Shown here one piece after another: positions 25,612-40,344 of a stretch of DNA of 64,000 bases. Below the pieces are notes generated by a model that saw only the letters and a program-made list of their open reading frames with translations, had not been told where the DNA came from and did not search any database. The DNA comes from Carcharhinus amblyrhynchos (taxonomy: Eukaryota), in assembly GCA_965287045.1 (NCBI GenBank), contig OZ336876.1, positions 63,922,001 to 63,986,000 on the forward strand, in the 5' to 3' direction. The position numbers and the translations under genes are program-made. Positions within the stretch are counted from its first letter, which is position 1. Every line of letters begins with the position of its first letter.

Positions 25612-25857
25612 GTAAGAGATATTGGCTTGTGGCAGCCTGCCAGAGACAGGGGGGGAGTAATCTCTGCTCCGGGATAGACACGGATAGAATGCAACATAAA
25701 TACCAAAACAAGCCCGCTTCTGAGAGGAAGAGGCTTCACCCTGTGTGGGCCTGCAAGCTGCAATGCTCGCACAGGAGATGCTGTTGACAATTTACAATAT
25801 GGCCATTGTCCTGGGAAACGCCTGCCGCAGATTTGAAAGAGTTTTTTTTTATTTTGA

Positions 25858-26181
<324 letters not shown>

Positions 26182-26334
26182 TGAGTTTCCTGAACTTAGC
26201 AAAGATTAAAACAGAAAACAAATCTGCATCTTTTGAGATAACGAACTTTTAAGTAATTAACAACCATTTTAAAATAGTTAAGACGTGAGTTTTATTTTCT
26301 GTGATTATTAGTATCCATTTTAAAACAGTTGTGA

Positions 26335-26661
<327 letters not shown>

Positions 26662-28289
26662 TAGTCATCCAACATTTCTCTATTTCTTTAAATGGGGTTA
26701 GGTCTGATGAAAATGGTTAAACAATTGAGTTAAACTGTCACTCAGGAATATTGACAACTGTAATTTATGAACATATTTCTTTGTTGTAAAAAAAAGTCCC
26801 CGAAGAGTAGAAATTGGCCTTGTGCCCAAAATGAATGTTAAGTCAGTGGAATGATATTCCCACATACTGTTTTTTGCTGGTGGAAGGCCATTACCACATT
26901 TAGTCACAGGGCTCATCTGCACTTAACTGGTGATCTGTGGTGCCAAGCAGATGACCATGGGAAACAACTCAGCAGTGTCAACAGCAATAGAACAAATTCA
27001 AGGTGTTTGTAGCCAAATAACTTGTGGGTAAACATGGATAATATGTCAGAAAGCCTGCTTCACACTTTCAATGTCAATCTGTCAAGGAAGATATCTGTTG
27101 ATTAGTTGACTTTGACCATTTGCTATTCCAAAGTTGTCTGGTACAAATCAAATTCTTGTCCAATAAGTCGGTACATTTAAGAAAAATGGGGAGAATTAGA
27201 ATTAACTTTAGCAGAGCAAAAAATGGGCAAAATGAAATCAGCTGATTGTATTACACCCCATGAATAGAAAATAAAGAGTGAGGTGTAAAACTCCTTATTA
27301 CCTATTTATCATCCAGTGATAAAAGTTACAATTATCCCCAAGATTTAATTTGGTAACAGTTAGATTTTACTAGGAATGTTATTGATGGGTTTAGGAGGAA
27401 ACACAACTGAAACAAGTGTGATTATAAGGACAAAGTAGATTTTTTTTCTTTTAACTATACCAAAGGAACAATGTCAGCAATTAAGAAAGAACCTTTGGTG
27501 TGTGAACAAGGGGTGATTGGTGTAGAGTACACTCTTAAATACACCAGGATTATGGAAGGCCTCCTTTAAACCGGTCAGTATGGTGCCTGAGTTCTCCATT
27601 GGTACTTGGATGAGAACCAGATTGTTTGATAGATCCATTTTCCTAGGAAATATTTCATTAAAAATAACCGTCATTGAATAGAGATTTTCAAATTATATTG
27701 TTTCTCACACAATTAACATGAGAAAGAATATTTGAGTGAATAACATAGAGATGTCATTTCTCCCGTTCATTTGCACATTTCACTGACTCCCCACTGCGTC
27801 CTTTCACGTGAGAGATTCTTTTGCATGTTAGCTACCTTTCTTTGTTTTTCTGTTCCTGCAGTATCCACCTGTATCTCTTTTTTTTCCACAGATTTCTTTA
27901 TCTGTTGATGTTTGCATGTATTTGTCTCTTTTTTCTCTTTGGTCACTCTTAATGGGAATTTTAAACTGAAACTATGTATAGCTTTGAGAGTGGGTAGGTG
28001 TTTAAAAATACTGAAATTGATGGCATGTTGGGAAGTTGACAGCACCCATTGACTTCTGTCTTTAAAATGGCATGCCTTTGTAATCTTCTGCCCACAAATT
28101 CATAGGTGACAGAATCCATGTTTGCCAAGGCAAAGAATTATGTGCATCATTAACTGATGAGTGTAGTCAAAATGAATAGGCATTTAGCTTTGTGGCTCTG
28201 ATTTGGATTTCCATAGATCCAGGGAATCATCAATTGCATGCATTAATTTGCATAATCTTAAAAAATAAGCAAATACTTGACATGTCATT

Positions 28290-29035
28290 GTGTTAGAGAC
28301 TCATGTGCATACAATTGTTCAGCTACTCTTTCTTTCTGTCCTACTCCTATTTGGTGCAATTGTGTGTGATTTCTGGCAGTTTGTGTGCAACCACAGCAAT
28401 ATTATATGTTTGTGCAAGCTTCCCAAGAACTACCATGATGCTTTTGTCCTGCACCAGTCAAGCCTCCTTAAACTCATAACATCTCAAAGCAATGTTAGTG
28501 GCTGGCTCCTTAGGGACAAGGGTTATCTATTGAAGATGTGGTTGATGACACATATTCGGAGTCCAGACAATATAGCCAAAGAAAGTAACAGTCAAAGCTA
28601 GAGACCATGACAGCTGTCATTACCAAACAAATGGGATGCTGAAGATGTGGTTTGAGATGTCTGAATAAATCTGGATTCGTCAGGCTGGATATCAAGAATG
28701 ATCGTAGTATGTTGTGCCTTTCACAACATAGTGCAACAGAGAGGACTGGATTTCTTGGAGGAAGAAGTGGTTGGGGTATGGAATGGACAGCCTGCTGTGA
28801 TAGTGGAGTCGGACACTTTAGGAACTTTCAAGCGGTTATTGGATTGGCACATGGAGCACACCAGAATGATAGGGAGTGGGATAGCTTGATCTTGGTTTCG
28901 GACAAAGGTCAGCACAACGTAGAGGGCCAAAGGGCCTGTACTGTTCTATGTTCTATGTATAGAGTGCACTTTTTTGAGTGGGAGGAAGAGGAGCAAAATG
29001 AGGTGCAGCAGGAAGAGGAACATGATGGGAACTAG
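28290..29035 (+). pseudogene. Harbinger/PIF (HARBI1-like) transposase C-terminal relic, interrupted by a CR1 3' end (about 28762-28958)
   Basis: VCNH...YHDAFVL...GWLLRDKGY..WLMT, MLKMWFRCL and IVVCCAFHN motifs, then an acidic tail. Confidence 0.8.
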
Positions 29036-29379
29036 CACTCAAGCACATAGCTGCCAGTGATAACCAGGATTGCCTAATTCTAGCTGGACTTAGAGGGAAG
29101 CAGAAAATTCATTTGGCAGCTAAATTCTGAACCAACTTGGATTATATCTTGCAACGCAAAGCAGTCCTACAATCTACAAATCATTCCTGTCAAGACATCC
29201 TTCATTCATCTTTAACTCTTGTCTTACCTCCCATCACAAATGAGAAAACTGCTTTCTTATTTCAGCTTTTCCCACTTGTGGTGGCCACAAAGGTTGATCA
29301 CCTTTCAACATCTCCACCAATCAGTCACTCAATCTTCTTCCAATCCTACTGTGTTTAAGTCTCTTACCTCTACATCCTT

Positions 29380-30410
29380 TTATCCTTTTACCTTAAGCAT
29401 TCCTCTTCTTCTTCCTGGCAGTCTTGTCTCCATCACTTGCCTGACCACATCCTCTCTCTACAACAGCTTACCATCTTATTTCTTCCTGGCTGCTTTCCTT
29501 AATTCTTCAACAGTCTTCACTGATTCCTTTATATATTGCTCCTGATCTTGCCCTTTCTTGTATCTCCACACATCTGTTTCAACATCTGCATCTCATTAGT
29601 GTTCACTCATTGTTCTCCTTGCCCTGATGTTACCAAAGTTTCTGCACTATATAACAAGGCTGTTCTCACAACTGTCTTGTAGTTCTCCCTTTCAGTTTCA
29701 GAGACTACATTGTGCTTCTTCCAATTACTCTAACCAGAGCTAATCCATTGTTAAATTTTCATTCATGTACTTCTATTAGTATCTCAAAACCAGCAACCTT
29801 GAGACAGATGCTGTGTTAGATTTTAGATCTAGTTGTATTTTGGCTCAGCAGTTCAGGCCATCGACGGTTCAGAGCAAACTGGATTAGGTGAGGTCAAGGA
29901 TCACTTGGAGTGTGGGAATAGATTGGCACTGAAGCAGCAAAGGGGATAACTAGTCTGTGACCAGACTGTGTCAATACAGTGCATAGCCAAATTGCTTAGG
30001 TAAGTCTTTTTGTACTTAATCAATTAACTTTGCATGGTACATTCCAATTTTCAGACGACTCCAAATTTTGGACATTCGGATTTGAGACACCCTAATGGTC
30101 CCACTGCTTTGTCATTTTTAATTTTTCTGCACTGTTCTGATTTCTACTGGATTGATGCTATCATTTCTTGATTTACAACTACCTTTTCTGTCTTCCATCT
30201 TAAGTTTTCTTCATTCATAAGCCAGTTAAAATATTGACCCCACTTCTCTTTGATTTCACCCTCTTTCACAAAGGTTATGCAGCCTGATTCCTTCATTTTA
30301 TGTACAATTCCCACGCCTTTTGTTAAACTACCTGTCAAAGCTGTTGAGATCCTTTCGTTACTCTTTGGTATCCAGACATTTAGATTTTCTTCTTGGCCAG
30401 GGATCTCTAG
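29380..30410 (-). mobile_element. Decayed RTE-clade LINE
   Basis: EIKEKWGQYFNWLMNEEN motif. Confidence 0.6.
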
Positions 30411-31274
30411 CGATTATTTTCTTTGCATTTCGTTTTTGGCTTTTTGTAGTGTTCTTCAGACAAATCAATTCTCTCCATGTGATATCAAGAAAGGGCTGAA
30501 GGTGCTGGATACTGCAAAAGTTATGGCTCTGACAGTATTGCAGAATAGTAGTAAAGACTTGTGTTACAGAATTAAACAGGCTCTTAGCTAAACTCTTCCA
30601 GTACAGTTACAATACTGGCGTCTACACAGCAGTGTGGAAAATTGCCCAGGTGTGTTCTATACACAAAAAGCAGGACAAATCTAACTTGGCCAATTACTGC
30701 CCAGTCTACTCTTGATCATTAGTAAAATCATTAAAACAGTCATCCACAGTACTATCAACCGACACCTACTCAACAATAACCTGCTTATTAACGCTCAGTT
30801 TGGATTCCGCCTAGGCTACTCAGCTCCTCACCACATTATGGCATTTGTCCAAAAATGGACAAAAGAGCATTTTGTGAATTGAGAGTGACTGCCCTTGACA
30901 TCAAGGCAGCATTTGACTAATTGTGGAACCAAGAAGCCCAAACAAATCTACAGTCAATGGGGCTCAGGGAAAGTCTCCACTATTTGAAGTCATACTTAGC
31001 ACAAAGGAAGATGATTGTGATTGTAGGAGGTCAAATATCCCAGTCCCAGGATATCACTGCCGGAGTTCTTCAGGGTGGTGCTCTAGGCCCAGTAATCTTC
31101 AGCTGCAGCATAAATGATCTTCTCTCCATCATAAGCCCAGAAGTGGGGATATTTGCTGGTTATTATAAAATATCCAGCATCAGTTGCAACTCAGATGTTG
31201 AAGCAGTCAGCGTCCATGTGCAGCAAGACCTGGACAACATGTTGGCATAAGCTGAAAAGTCACAAGCAACATAA

Positions 31275-31570
31275 GGGCGGCATAGTTGCACACAATGTCA
31301 GGGACCTGGGTTCAGTTTCAGGCTCAGGTCGCTGTCTGTGTGGGGTCTGCACGTTCTCCCTGTGTCTTGGTGGGTTTCCTTCGGGTGCTCTGGTTTCCTC
31401 CCACAGTCCAGGGAGGTTAGATTGCTTGACTGCGCTCAATTGCCCCTTAGAGTCAAGGGGACTAGCAGGGTAAATGGGGTTATGGGGCAAGAACCTGAGT
31501 GGGATTATGGTTGGTGCAGACTCAATGGGCCAAATGGCTGCCTTATGCACTTGAGGCATTCTGTGATTTG
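31275..31570 (+). mobile_element. HE1-type SINE inside a LINE
   Basis: gggacctgggttcag...tgcacgttctccctgtgt...ggtttcctcccacagtcc. Confidence 0.8.
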
Positions 31571-31672
31571 CACTACACAAATGCCCAGGCCATGATAATC
31601 TCCAATAAGGGAGAATCTAATCGGCTCCCCTCAACATTCAAATTACATTACCATCACTGACTGCACCCTACC

Positions 31673-31677
<5 letters not shown>

Positions 31678-31702
<25 letters not shown>
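31678..31702. repeat. (CA)n microsatellite
   Basis: About 12 CA units. Confidence 0.95.
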
Positions 31703-31703
<1 letters not shown>

Positions 31704-32379
31704 CCCACCCCCCCAATCAACATCCTGGCATTACTTTCCATCAACAACTGAACTGGGATCAGCTTTATAAATACTGTGACCACAAGAGCAGGTGGAGAGG
31801 ATGGGAATTCTGTACTGAGTAACTCACTTCCTGACTCCCTGAAGTGTCTCCAGCATTTACGAGGCTTGGGATGATGGAATACTGCCCATTTGTCTGGAAA
31901 AGTACACTCCTGCCACACTCAAGATGCTTGAAACCATCCAGGATAAAGCGGCCCACTTGATTGATACTCCGCCCACCATATTAAACATTAATTCCTCACG
32001 CAACCAATGCGCAGCAGCAGTTTGTACCATCTACAAGATGGGCTACAGTAATTCAGCAAGGCTCCTTCAGCAATATCTTCTGAAGCTTAGAAGGATAAGG
32101 ACAGCAGACGAATGGGAACACCATCAACTTCAAGTTTTCCTCCAAGCCACGCACCAATCCAATTTGGAACTATATTACCGTTCATTTACTATCCCTTGGG
32201 CAAAATCCTGGAACTCCCTTCCTAAGAGCACTGTAGGTGTACTCACATCACATGGACTGCAGGAATTCAGCGCCACCTTCTCAAGGGCAATTAGGGATTG
32301 ACAATGAATGCTGGCACAGCCAACGATGTGAAATAATAAAAAAAAAATTCTCTGACCTACATAGTGAATTGGCCAGAGC

Positions 32380-32720
32380 ATCACAACCTCCTGGGCTTCC
32401 TTATCTCTGCCACAAGAATATCTGCAAGCAAGATATGAAGATTGAAGACATTGACAACTGGGAGTCAGTTGCTAATGGTCCTAAATCTCTGGATTCTGAC
32501 TGTTTGCAGGGACATTGGACGAGACAAGCAGAAATGAAAAGTTCAGCTGGTCGAGAAGAGTGTCTAGGCCAAACAAAGGCCTGTGAATTGTGCATCTTCT
32601 CAGCCCACTGGCTTCCTATGCAGCAAATGTGGCGAAGGCTGCCGTGCCAGAGTGGAACTGTTTAACGTAGAATTGATCACTGTGACACAAATCATTGTCT
32701 CATGAGACAGAAGGCTGCAA
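32380..32720 (+). mobile_element. RTE/BovB-like 3' end
   Basis: ICKQDMKIEDIDNWESVA. Confidence 0.6.
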
Positions 32721-33439
32721 TAGAGTTGCTAATGCAGTGACTAGGGTTAAAAGTCACTGACGAGCACACTGCTGAAATTTCTGAGTTCTTCATGCACTAT
32801 TGGGCTCCATTTATTGTCGGTGCATTGAACAATTGAAGCACAATCCTTATTCTGTTTCAATTTGCTCTCATTTTTTTTATTGCTCTGATCAGCTGTTTTT
32901 TTAATTACACTTTACCTTTACCATCATCCACATCCCTTTGACATTTCACAGACTCCATTTTATGTCCAAGTTGGCCTTTTCTCGGTATCATTTTGTCTCT
33001 ATTATTCTGTTTCCCAAGCCACATTTTCTGAAGTGTCCTGTCACACTAATAAATCACACAATCTCTGCACAAAAGGAACCTATTCCGTCCACTGCATTTG
33101 TGGCAAAGTTCACTCTACATTTCCTTGTACTTTGCATTTTTTAATTTCTTTTTGTGGTGCAGTATTTCATCCAACTGGAGCACATCAAATAACTATTTTC
33201 TTTTTAATGTATAAATATATTACCTTGTCCCTGCACTATCATCAATGGGAACTTTTTTTTTCTGTCTGCCTTATCTAAATCTGTCATAATCTTGTACACC
33301 TCTATCGGAGCTCCTTTTAACCTTCTTTTCTACAAGGAAAATAATTCCAGCTTTTCTAACCTAACCTAGTAGCTATATTCCCTTATTCCTGGAACCATTT
33401 TGGTAAATCTCCTCTGCATCCTCTTTAGGACCTTCACAT

Positions 33440-34950
33440 AAATTGGAGGGATTGGGGACTGGGAACCAATTCACATCAGTGGGGACCTGTATGTTTGAGT
33501 GGGACTTCTTATAAGAAAAGATACAGTTGGCACATTATTAAATGAGCTGAGGCCTCAAGGAGGATGGAAGGGAACAAAGGAATAGATGAGGATATCAGTA
33601 GTAGACAGTTGAGTGAGTGATACAGTGGTGGTGAAAGAAGGCAATCTTAATGAAAGCACTATGAGTTTGAAGCTCAGATTAGGATCAAATGGAATTTCAA
33701 GGTTGCAAAGAAAATGAGAATGGGATGGAATTGGTGACAAGGATACAAAGTTGTGATGAGGAACAATGATGGTGGTTTTGGTCTTCCCAATTGCTCACCA
33801 GAAGAAATTGAGCCTCATCACAATTGGATGTCAGATACTGTTTGGGACCAAAGAATATTCGTTTAAGGTGAAGAGTAAATGGTTTAGAATGGATCTGAGG
33901 AAACTTTTTTTTCATCCAGAGGGTGGTGGAAATATGGAATGTGCTGCCTGAGGAAAGTGGTGGAGGCAGGTATTTTCACAACATTTAAGAAGCATCTGAA
34001 GGAGAACTTAAACCGCCAAGGCATAGTAGGCTATAGGCCAAGTGCTGGGAAATGGGATTAGTATAGATTGGTTGGCATAGACCTGGTTGCCCGAAGGGCT
34101 TGTTTCTATGCTGTCTAACTCTATGACACTATAAGCAGTGAAACAATAGAGAAGTTGAGAGATGTGATGATGAGGTAGAGCTGTACATGTTGAAGCTGGC
34201 TTCAGAGCTTTGAACATTATTAGCGAGGGACAGCATGCATATAAATAAAAGTTTATTTATTGGTCACAAGTAGGCTTATATTCACACTGTAATGAAGTTA
34301 CTGTGAAAATCCCCTAGTTGCCACATTCCGGTGCCTTTTTGGGAACACTGAGGGAGAATTTAACATGGCCGATGCACCTAACCTGCACATCTTTGGACTA
34401 TGGGAGGAAACCGGAACACTTGAAGAAACCCAGACAGACACAGGGAGAATGTGCAAACTCCACACAGACAGTGACCCGAGCTGGGAATCGAACTCGAGTG
34501 GTACTGTGAGGCAGCAGTGCTAACCACTATGCTGCCTCATATGAAGATGAGGTATAAGGAAAAGATAGATCTTGAGGTGCACTAAAATAATGGTGCAGGG
34601 GCAAGATAAGAAGCAATTGCTGGAGATGCTCTGGCATGATTGATAGGTAGGAATGTAACCAAGTTAGGGCAATTCCAGTGAGCCAGACAATGCAGTTCAG
34701 GCATTGAGGGAGGATATTTTTGATCAACCATGTCACAAGTTCCAGAGAGATTGGGAAGAAATCATTTCATGGTCACAGTTGCAGAGGATGTTATTGCTAA
34801 TTAATGCAATTTCTGTTTTGTGGTTGGAATGAAAAGCTGGTAGGAGAGATTTAAAATGGGGGGATGATTTGAAACTCAGGATCACTTGTTTGCTGTCTGA
34901 AGAATAAGTGGTTGGAAGTTGAAAATATTGGACATGTCTCAGCTTCCTCA
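33440..34950 (-). mobile_element. Decayed L2 LINE with CR1 (33830-34130, +) and SINE inserts
   Basis: AFHSNHKTEIALISNNILCNCDH, compared with L2 GFRxxHSTETALxKVTNDIL. Confidence 0.6.
34240..34535 (-). mobile_element. HE1-related SINE
   Basis: gggaggaaaccgga...tgcaaactccacacagacagtgacc. Confidence 0.8.
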
Positions 34951-35344
34951 TTGATCCCCAAGGCTTATCTGATGTAATTTTCTGATAGATTTATAAATGG
35001 GCGCACAACATTCCTGATGGGCATGCAGATATTTGTAGCAGACATTGTGCAGCCTAACTAACTGAGCTTAAAGGGACAGTTGCCCAAAATAGTGTCCTGG
35101 AAATTTTCATCTCTTCTCTTGGACCCACAACAAAATTCTGGCTCAGTGCTAGAAAGAATGATTGATGATGAGGTGGTAGTTTGCAATGATGGAACAGTCA
35201 AGGGTGTCTAATTTTAGGATGCATTGAATATTCATTTTTCTTACCTTTTCCCAAAATAAGTTCCTGTTGACTGTACTCTCTGATGAGATTGCACATTCCT
35301 AAAGCTACCTCTGTAATTCCCTCTTAAATTTTGTAATAGATTAA

Positions 35345-35690
35345 GACCATTAGAAACAGGAACGGGGTCATCCGTTTAGCCCCTCAAGCCTGTTCTGCAC
35401 CACCATGGCTGATTTGACATTTCCCACTTCCACTTTTCTGCCCTTTCCCATAACCGTTGATTCCCTTATTGATCAAAAATCCCTCCATCGCAGCCTTAAA
35501 TATACACAAGGACTCTGTTCCTACAGCTCTGTGTGCCATGGAGTTCCAAAGACTCGGAGAAGAAACTCCTCCTCATCTTAGTCTTGAATTGGCACCCCTT
35601 TATTCTGAGACAATACCCTCGACTCTACCGTGAGGGGAAACATCCTCTCAGCATTTATCCTGTCGAGCCGCTTAAGAATCCTTTATGTGA
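35345..35690 (-). mobile_element. CR1 3' end
   Basis: 3'UTR plus tcctcctcatcttagtc. Confidence 0.75.
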
Positions 35691-35989
35691 ATAACTTTAG
35701 TTTCATTAACTGTTTCATCCCCTTCATCTTCAACACTACATTGAATACACTTCTGTCACAGAATAAACAGCTTTGATCGTAAGCTCACCTACTGTTATTG
35801 GACTGGCTTAATAATATTTGACACAGATTATCAAACCTACCAATCAAATTGAAAATATAACGTGATTGTTTTGTTTAATTCTGTGGTTGATCTGCTGCGC
35901 AGTATTTAGTCTGAGCATTTTTATATTAAATATTAGGTGCTGAGGGGGTGGGGGGTGTTATTCTGTATGTTTAGAAAATCAAGAACAGG

Positions 35990-37015
35990 AAAGAACAAAG
36001 AAAATTGCAGCATAGGAACAGGCCCTTCGACCCTCCAAACCTGCAGTGACCATGCTGCCCAACTGAACTAAAACCTTCTACCCTTCCGGGGACCATATCC
36101 CCCTACTTTCATCCTATTCATGTATTTGTCCAGATGTCCCTTAGAACTCACTATCATATCTACTTCCACTATCTCCCCCGGCAGCGAGTTCCACCCACCA
36201 CCACCTGTATAAAAAAAAACTTGCCATGTACTTCTCCTTTAAACCTTGCTCCTCGCACCTTAAACCTATGCCCCCTAGTAATTGACTCTTCCACCATGGG
36301 GAAAAAGCTTCTGACTATCCACTCTGTCCATGCCCCTCGTAATCTTGTAGAGGCCTATCAGGTCACCCCTCAACCTCCGTTGTTCCAGTGAGAACAAACC
36401 AAATTTCGCCAACTTCTCCTCATAGCTAATGCCTTCTATACCATGCAACATCCTGGTAAATCTTTTCTGTATCCTCTCCCAAGCCTCCATATCTTTCTGG
36501 TAGTGTGGCGACCAGAATTGAACACTATATTCCAAGTGTGGCCTAACTAAGATTCTGTGAAGCTGCAGCCAATTGAAGACTTGCCAGTTTTTAAGCTCAG
36601 TGCCCTGGCTGGTGAAGGCAAGCATGCCGTATGACTTCTTGACTACCTTCTGCACTTGCATTGCCACTTTCAGTGACCTGTTACCTGTACACTCAGATCC
36701 CTCTGCCTATCGACACTCTTAAGGGTTCTGCCATTTACTGTATACTTCCTATCTTAGACCTTCCAGACTGCATTACCTCACATTTATCTGGATTAATCTC
36801 CATCTGCCATCACTCCACCCAAGGCTCCAACTGATCTATACCCTGCTGCATCTTCTGATGGTCCTGATTGCTATCTGTAAATCCACCAATCTTTGCGTCA
36901 TTCACAAACTTACTGATCAATTCAGTTACATTTTCCTCCAAATCATTTATATGTTACAAACAGCAAAGATCCCAGAACTGATCCCTGAGGAATGCGGCTT
37001 GCCACAGCCCTCCAT
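35990..37015 (-). mobile_element. CR1 LINE
   Basis: VRPHLEYSVQFWSPH...RRLRGDLI. Confidence 0.9.
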
Positions 37016-37769
37016 TCTATTTACATAATATTTCATATTAAATATATTTTACTCACAAAAAGTTAATATTCACATTGTTTTTTTTAAGTTTAAACAAGTG
37101 TTAGTAATATAAGTGGGATCCCATCTGCTGCTGACCCTTCAGACTTCTTTTGCTTGTCTAAATATATGGTTGTGAGAAATTAATATTTGATTTCTTAATT
37201 TCCGCAGTCTAAGCGAACTGTGGTGCTCCTAGATTACATATTATTAACATAATTTTTGTTTTTGACTGATCTGCCTTTTGTGTGTTGGGATTTGACTATT
37301 TGAGAAATATGTATAATGTTCGCATTTGTGATTCCAGCTACTGAGGAGTTTTGCACTGCTCTGATGCATCCTTAGAGGAAGCATTCTTTGATGAGTAAGA
37401 GATGAACATACCTCATTTTAATGCACCAAACTGCTAAAAGTTTGGAGCAAAGTAGTACTTGGCTTTTTTTTTTAAGCCTATCTTTGCTTACCAAAGCCAA
37501 TTAACATTCTTGATGATGAGAACACTAAGTACCTGATTTAATGGATTGAATTCTCACAAGCTCCATTGGCGTGTTTGATGGCAAGTGTGGGGGGCTGGGG
37601 CAGCAGGGGGAGAATATGGCAGGAGGCCCAGAAATTGGTTTCATGCTGGTGTGAATTTACAGTGTGAACTTCTGGTGCTTGGCGTGGTAGGTTGGAAAAC
37701 TTACCACGGGCCAGCGTAAATCTCTTTTTGCATCCTGTTAATGGGATGCGGATGAAGGCCTGACATCCT

Positions 37770-38295
37770 TGGGGCAGCACGGTGGCACAGTGGTTAGCAC
37801 TGCTGCCTCACAGCTCCAGGGACCTGCATTCAATTCCCGGCTTGGGTCACTATCTTTGTGGTGTTTGCACGTCGTAAAAGAATCATAGAATCTCTACAGT
37901 ACAGAAAGAGGCCATTTGGTCTATCAAGTCTGTGCTGACCACAATCTCACCCAGGCTCTATTCCCATAACCCTCCACATTTACCCTGCTAATCCCTCTGA
38001 CACTAGGGTCAATTTAGCATGGCCAATCAACCTAACCCATACATCTTTCTCTCCATGTCTGTATGGGTTTTCTCTGGGTGCTCCAGTTTCCTCCCATGAT
38101 CCGAAAGATGTTCAGGTTAGGTTGATTGGCCATGCTAAATTGCCCGTTAGTGTGCTGGGATATGTAGATAAGAGGGATTGGTGGGGTAAATATGTGGGGT
38201 TATGGGAATAGGGCCTGGGTGGGATTGTTGTCAGTGCAGATTTGATGGGCCGAGTGGCTTCCTCCTGCACCATAGGAATTTTATGGTTTTATGAT
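37770..38295 (+). mobile_element. HE1-type SINE containing an inverted HE1 3' half (about 37873-38047)
   Basis: ggcagcacggtggcacagtggttagc head; the internal minus-strand copy is complementary to 38103-38293. Confidence 0.85.
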
Positions 38296-39529
38296 CCTCA
38301 TGTCAGATTCACTGCAGTGCTGGTGGGAAAATATGCCGGTGTGAAACATGTTTGGAACAACATGGATTGCAGATGTTGGGACTTATCTAAAACATGTCAG
38401 GGGCTCCCCCTGAAATTTGGGGTGGAGACTGCCTGCAACCCTCCAAGAACATCTCAAGTGGACCTTATGGAGTAGGTATCCTAGAGGGGACCCTTCCTTC
38501 ATCCTCAAAGGTGGTGGCCTGCCTGCAAATTAACATAGATCTCTAGGAGCACGTTGAGACCGGAAGATAGACCTCCCGAGAATGAAGATGTTCCTGATCC
38601 AAGTTTGTGTGTTTTCCCACCAGCTGCCACAGCACTCCACCGTCCCATCCCCGCAACAGCACTTAATCTCAAAGCAGGAGAAATCCGCCACCCAATATTA
38701 CACAAACATATTTATCTCAAAGGTCAACTCTTTCCCATTTACAGATTGATTTGATTGGTTATTGGATTATTGATATGCAAAGTAAATTATAAAATGATGA
38801 AAATAGATTATTCCAGGAAAGTAAGAGTGCTAACATCTTGATCCGCGAAGGCTTTTTTTTATATAATCACTTGCCTGGGTCAGCACACAACCAGAAAATT
38901 GACAAATGGGAGAGAATCTTTCCTCAAATAAGTATTAATTGCAGGGTGGCTGTCTTCCTCTCAACTGGGTCCACTTTCTGTTCTGTATTGGCAACATACA
39001 AACCATCAAAAACAGCACGATTGGTACTTTAGATTAACAGCATTTCCAGAGAGTATATCCCTTCATTGGAGATGGATTTTCAAAGAATAACCTTGTACAC
39101 TGTTGAACTTTAGCTCACATACTATTAGCAGTTTCTATCCAAAGGTGCACTTCATTCAATAGCATAAGATAGATACCCACAGTCTATTAATAATGTGTTA
39201 AGTCACTGAAGAAAAATGGAAGAGTTTTAAAAATGATATACTCACTAAAAGTAAACCAGAAAACTTTATACAAAATTGGTCTCCACTGTCAGCCCCTATA
39301 GGGAGATCAACAGTATCTGAGATAGGTAAATACAGCTAATTCATCATGCATGAACTTCCCATGGTCATCCACAAGCCATTTTCCATTGGGTTCCTCTCCC
39401 ATCAGCCAACTTTGCTGCTTTTCTATTCATTGTTGTTGCTTGAAATACATTTCTGATCTCCGAAACTATCCTAGACTTAGGGCTGTCCCACCATACCAGT
39501 TGGTTAACTTTTCTTAAAGCATTAGTTTT

Positions 39530-39905
39530 TTTAAAAAAATTCTTTATGGGATGTGGACATCGTTGGAAAGGCGGCATTTATTGTCCATCCCTAATTGTCC
39601 TTGCACTGAGTGGCTTGCTCGACCATTTCAGAGGGTAGTTAAGAGTTAACCACACTGCTGTTGATCTGCAGTCGCACATAATCCAGACCAGTAAGGGTTA
39701 AAGATTTCCTTTCCTAAAGTACTTTAGTGAGCCAGATGGCTTTTTACAAGAATTATAGTTATCATGGTCACCATTACTGAGACCAACTTTATATTCCAAA
39801 TTTACTAATTTAATTTAAATTCCACTGATTTAAATTTGAATCCATGTCCCCAGAGCATTAGCCTGGACTTTTGGATTACCAGTATAGTAATAGTATAGTA
39901 TTATC
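39530..39905 (-). mobile_element. SINE, same family as 23350-23700
   Basis: Reverse-complement similarity. Confidence 0.7.
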
Positions 39906-40344
39906 ACTGTCTCTTCTTGAGGTGTGGATGCTGTTTTATCCACCAACAACTGTGCAGAGAATAACTGCTAAAACCTGGAGAACCACAGTATTCAAACAAG
40001 CAGGATCAATGAAGCAAGAAATAAGAAACAATTAGTATCATTGCACAGTAATGTAAATTCACATTTAAATTTTTTAGATCTGGTAATGGTATCAATTTGT
40101 GGTGGTATTTATCTCTGTAATTTGTACATCTGAGAAGTCAGACATATCAACTAAAGGTAATTTGCATGTCATGTTCACTGCGCACATTTCATTGAAAAGC
40201 CAATTCCAACATATTAATGAATTCATAAACACATTTACAAATGAATATGTTTTATATTAACATGGAGACAATCAGTGCAAGGCTATTAATAATTACGATA
40301 CTAATGTTTAAAGAGAAAGTCCACCTTAGCTGGTGTTCTGAGAA

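Larger units (their letters stand above)
30470..32345 (+). mobile_element. CR1/L2-group LINE RT and 3' end
   Basis: LDIKAAFD, AGVLQGGALGP, INDL, QQDLDN and SWNSLP motifs. Confidence 0.85.

Noticed and set aside
37190-37255. Acceptor-like ttccgcag followed by a short frame (SKRTVVLL...)
   Set aside because: No good donor and no recognisable homology
37770-37845. tRNA gene
   Set aside because: The A/B boxes belong to a SINE head; no cloverleaf 3' end
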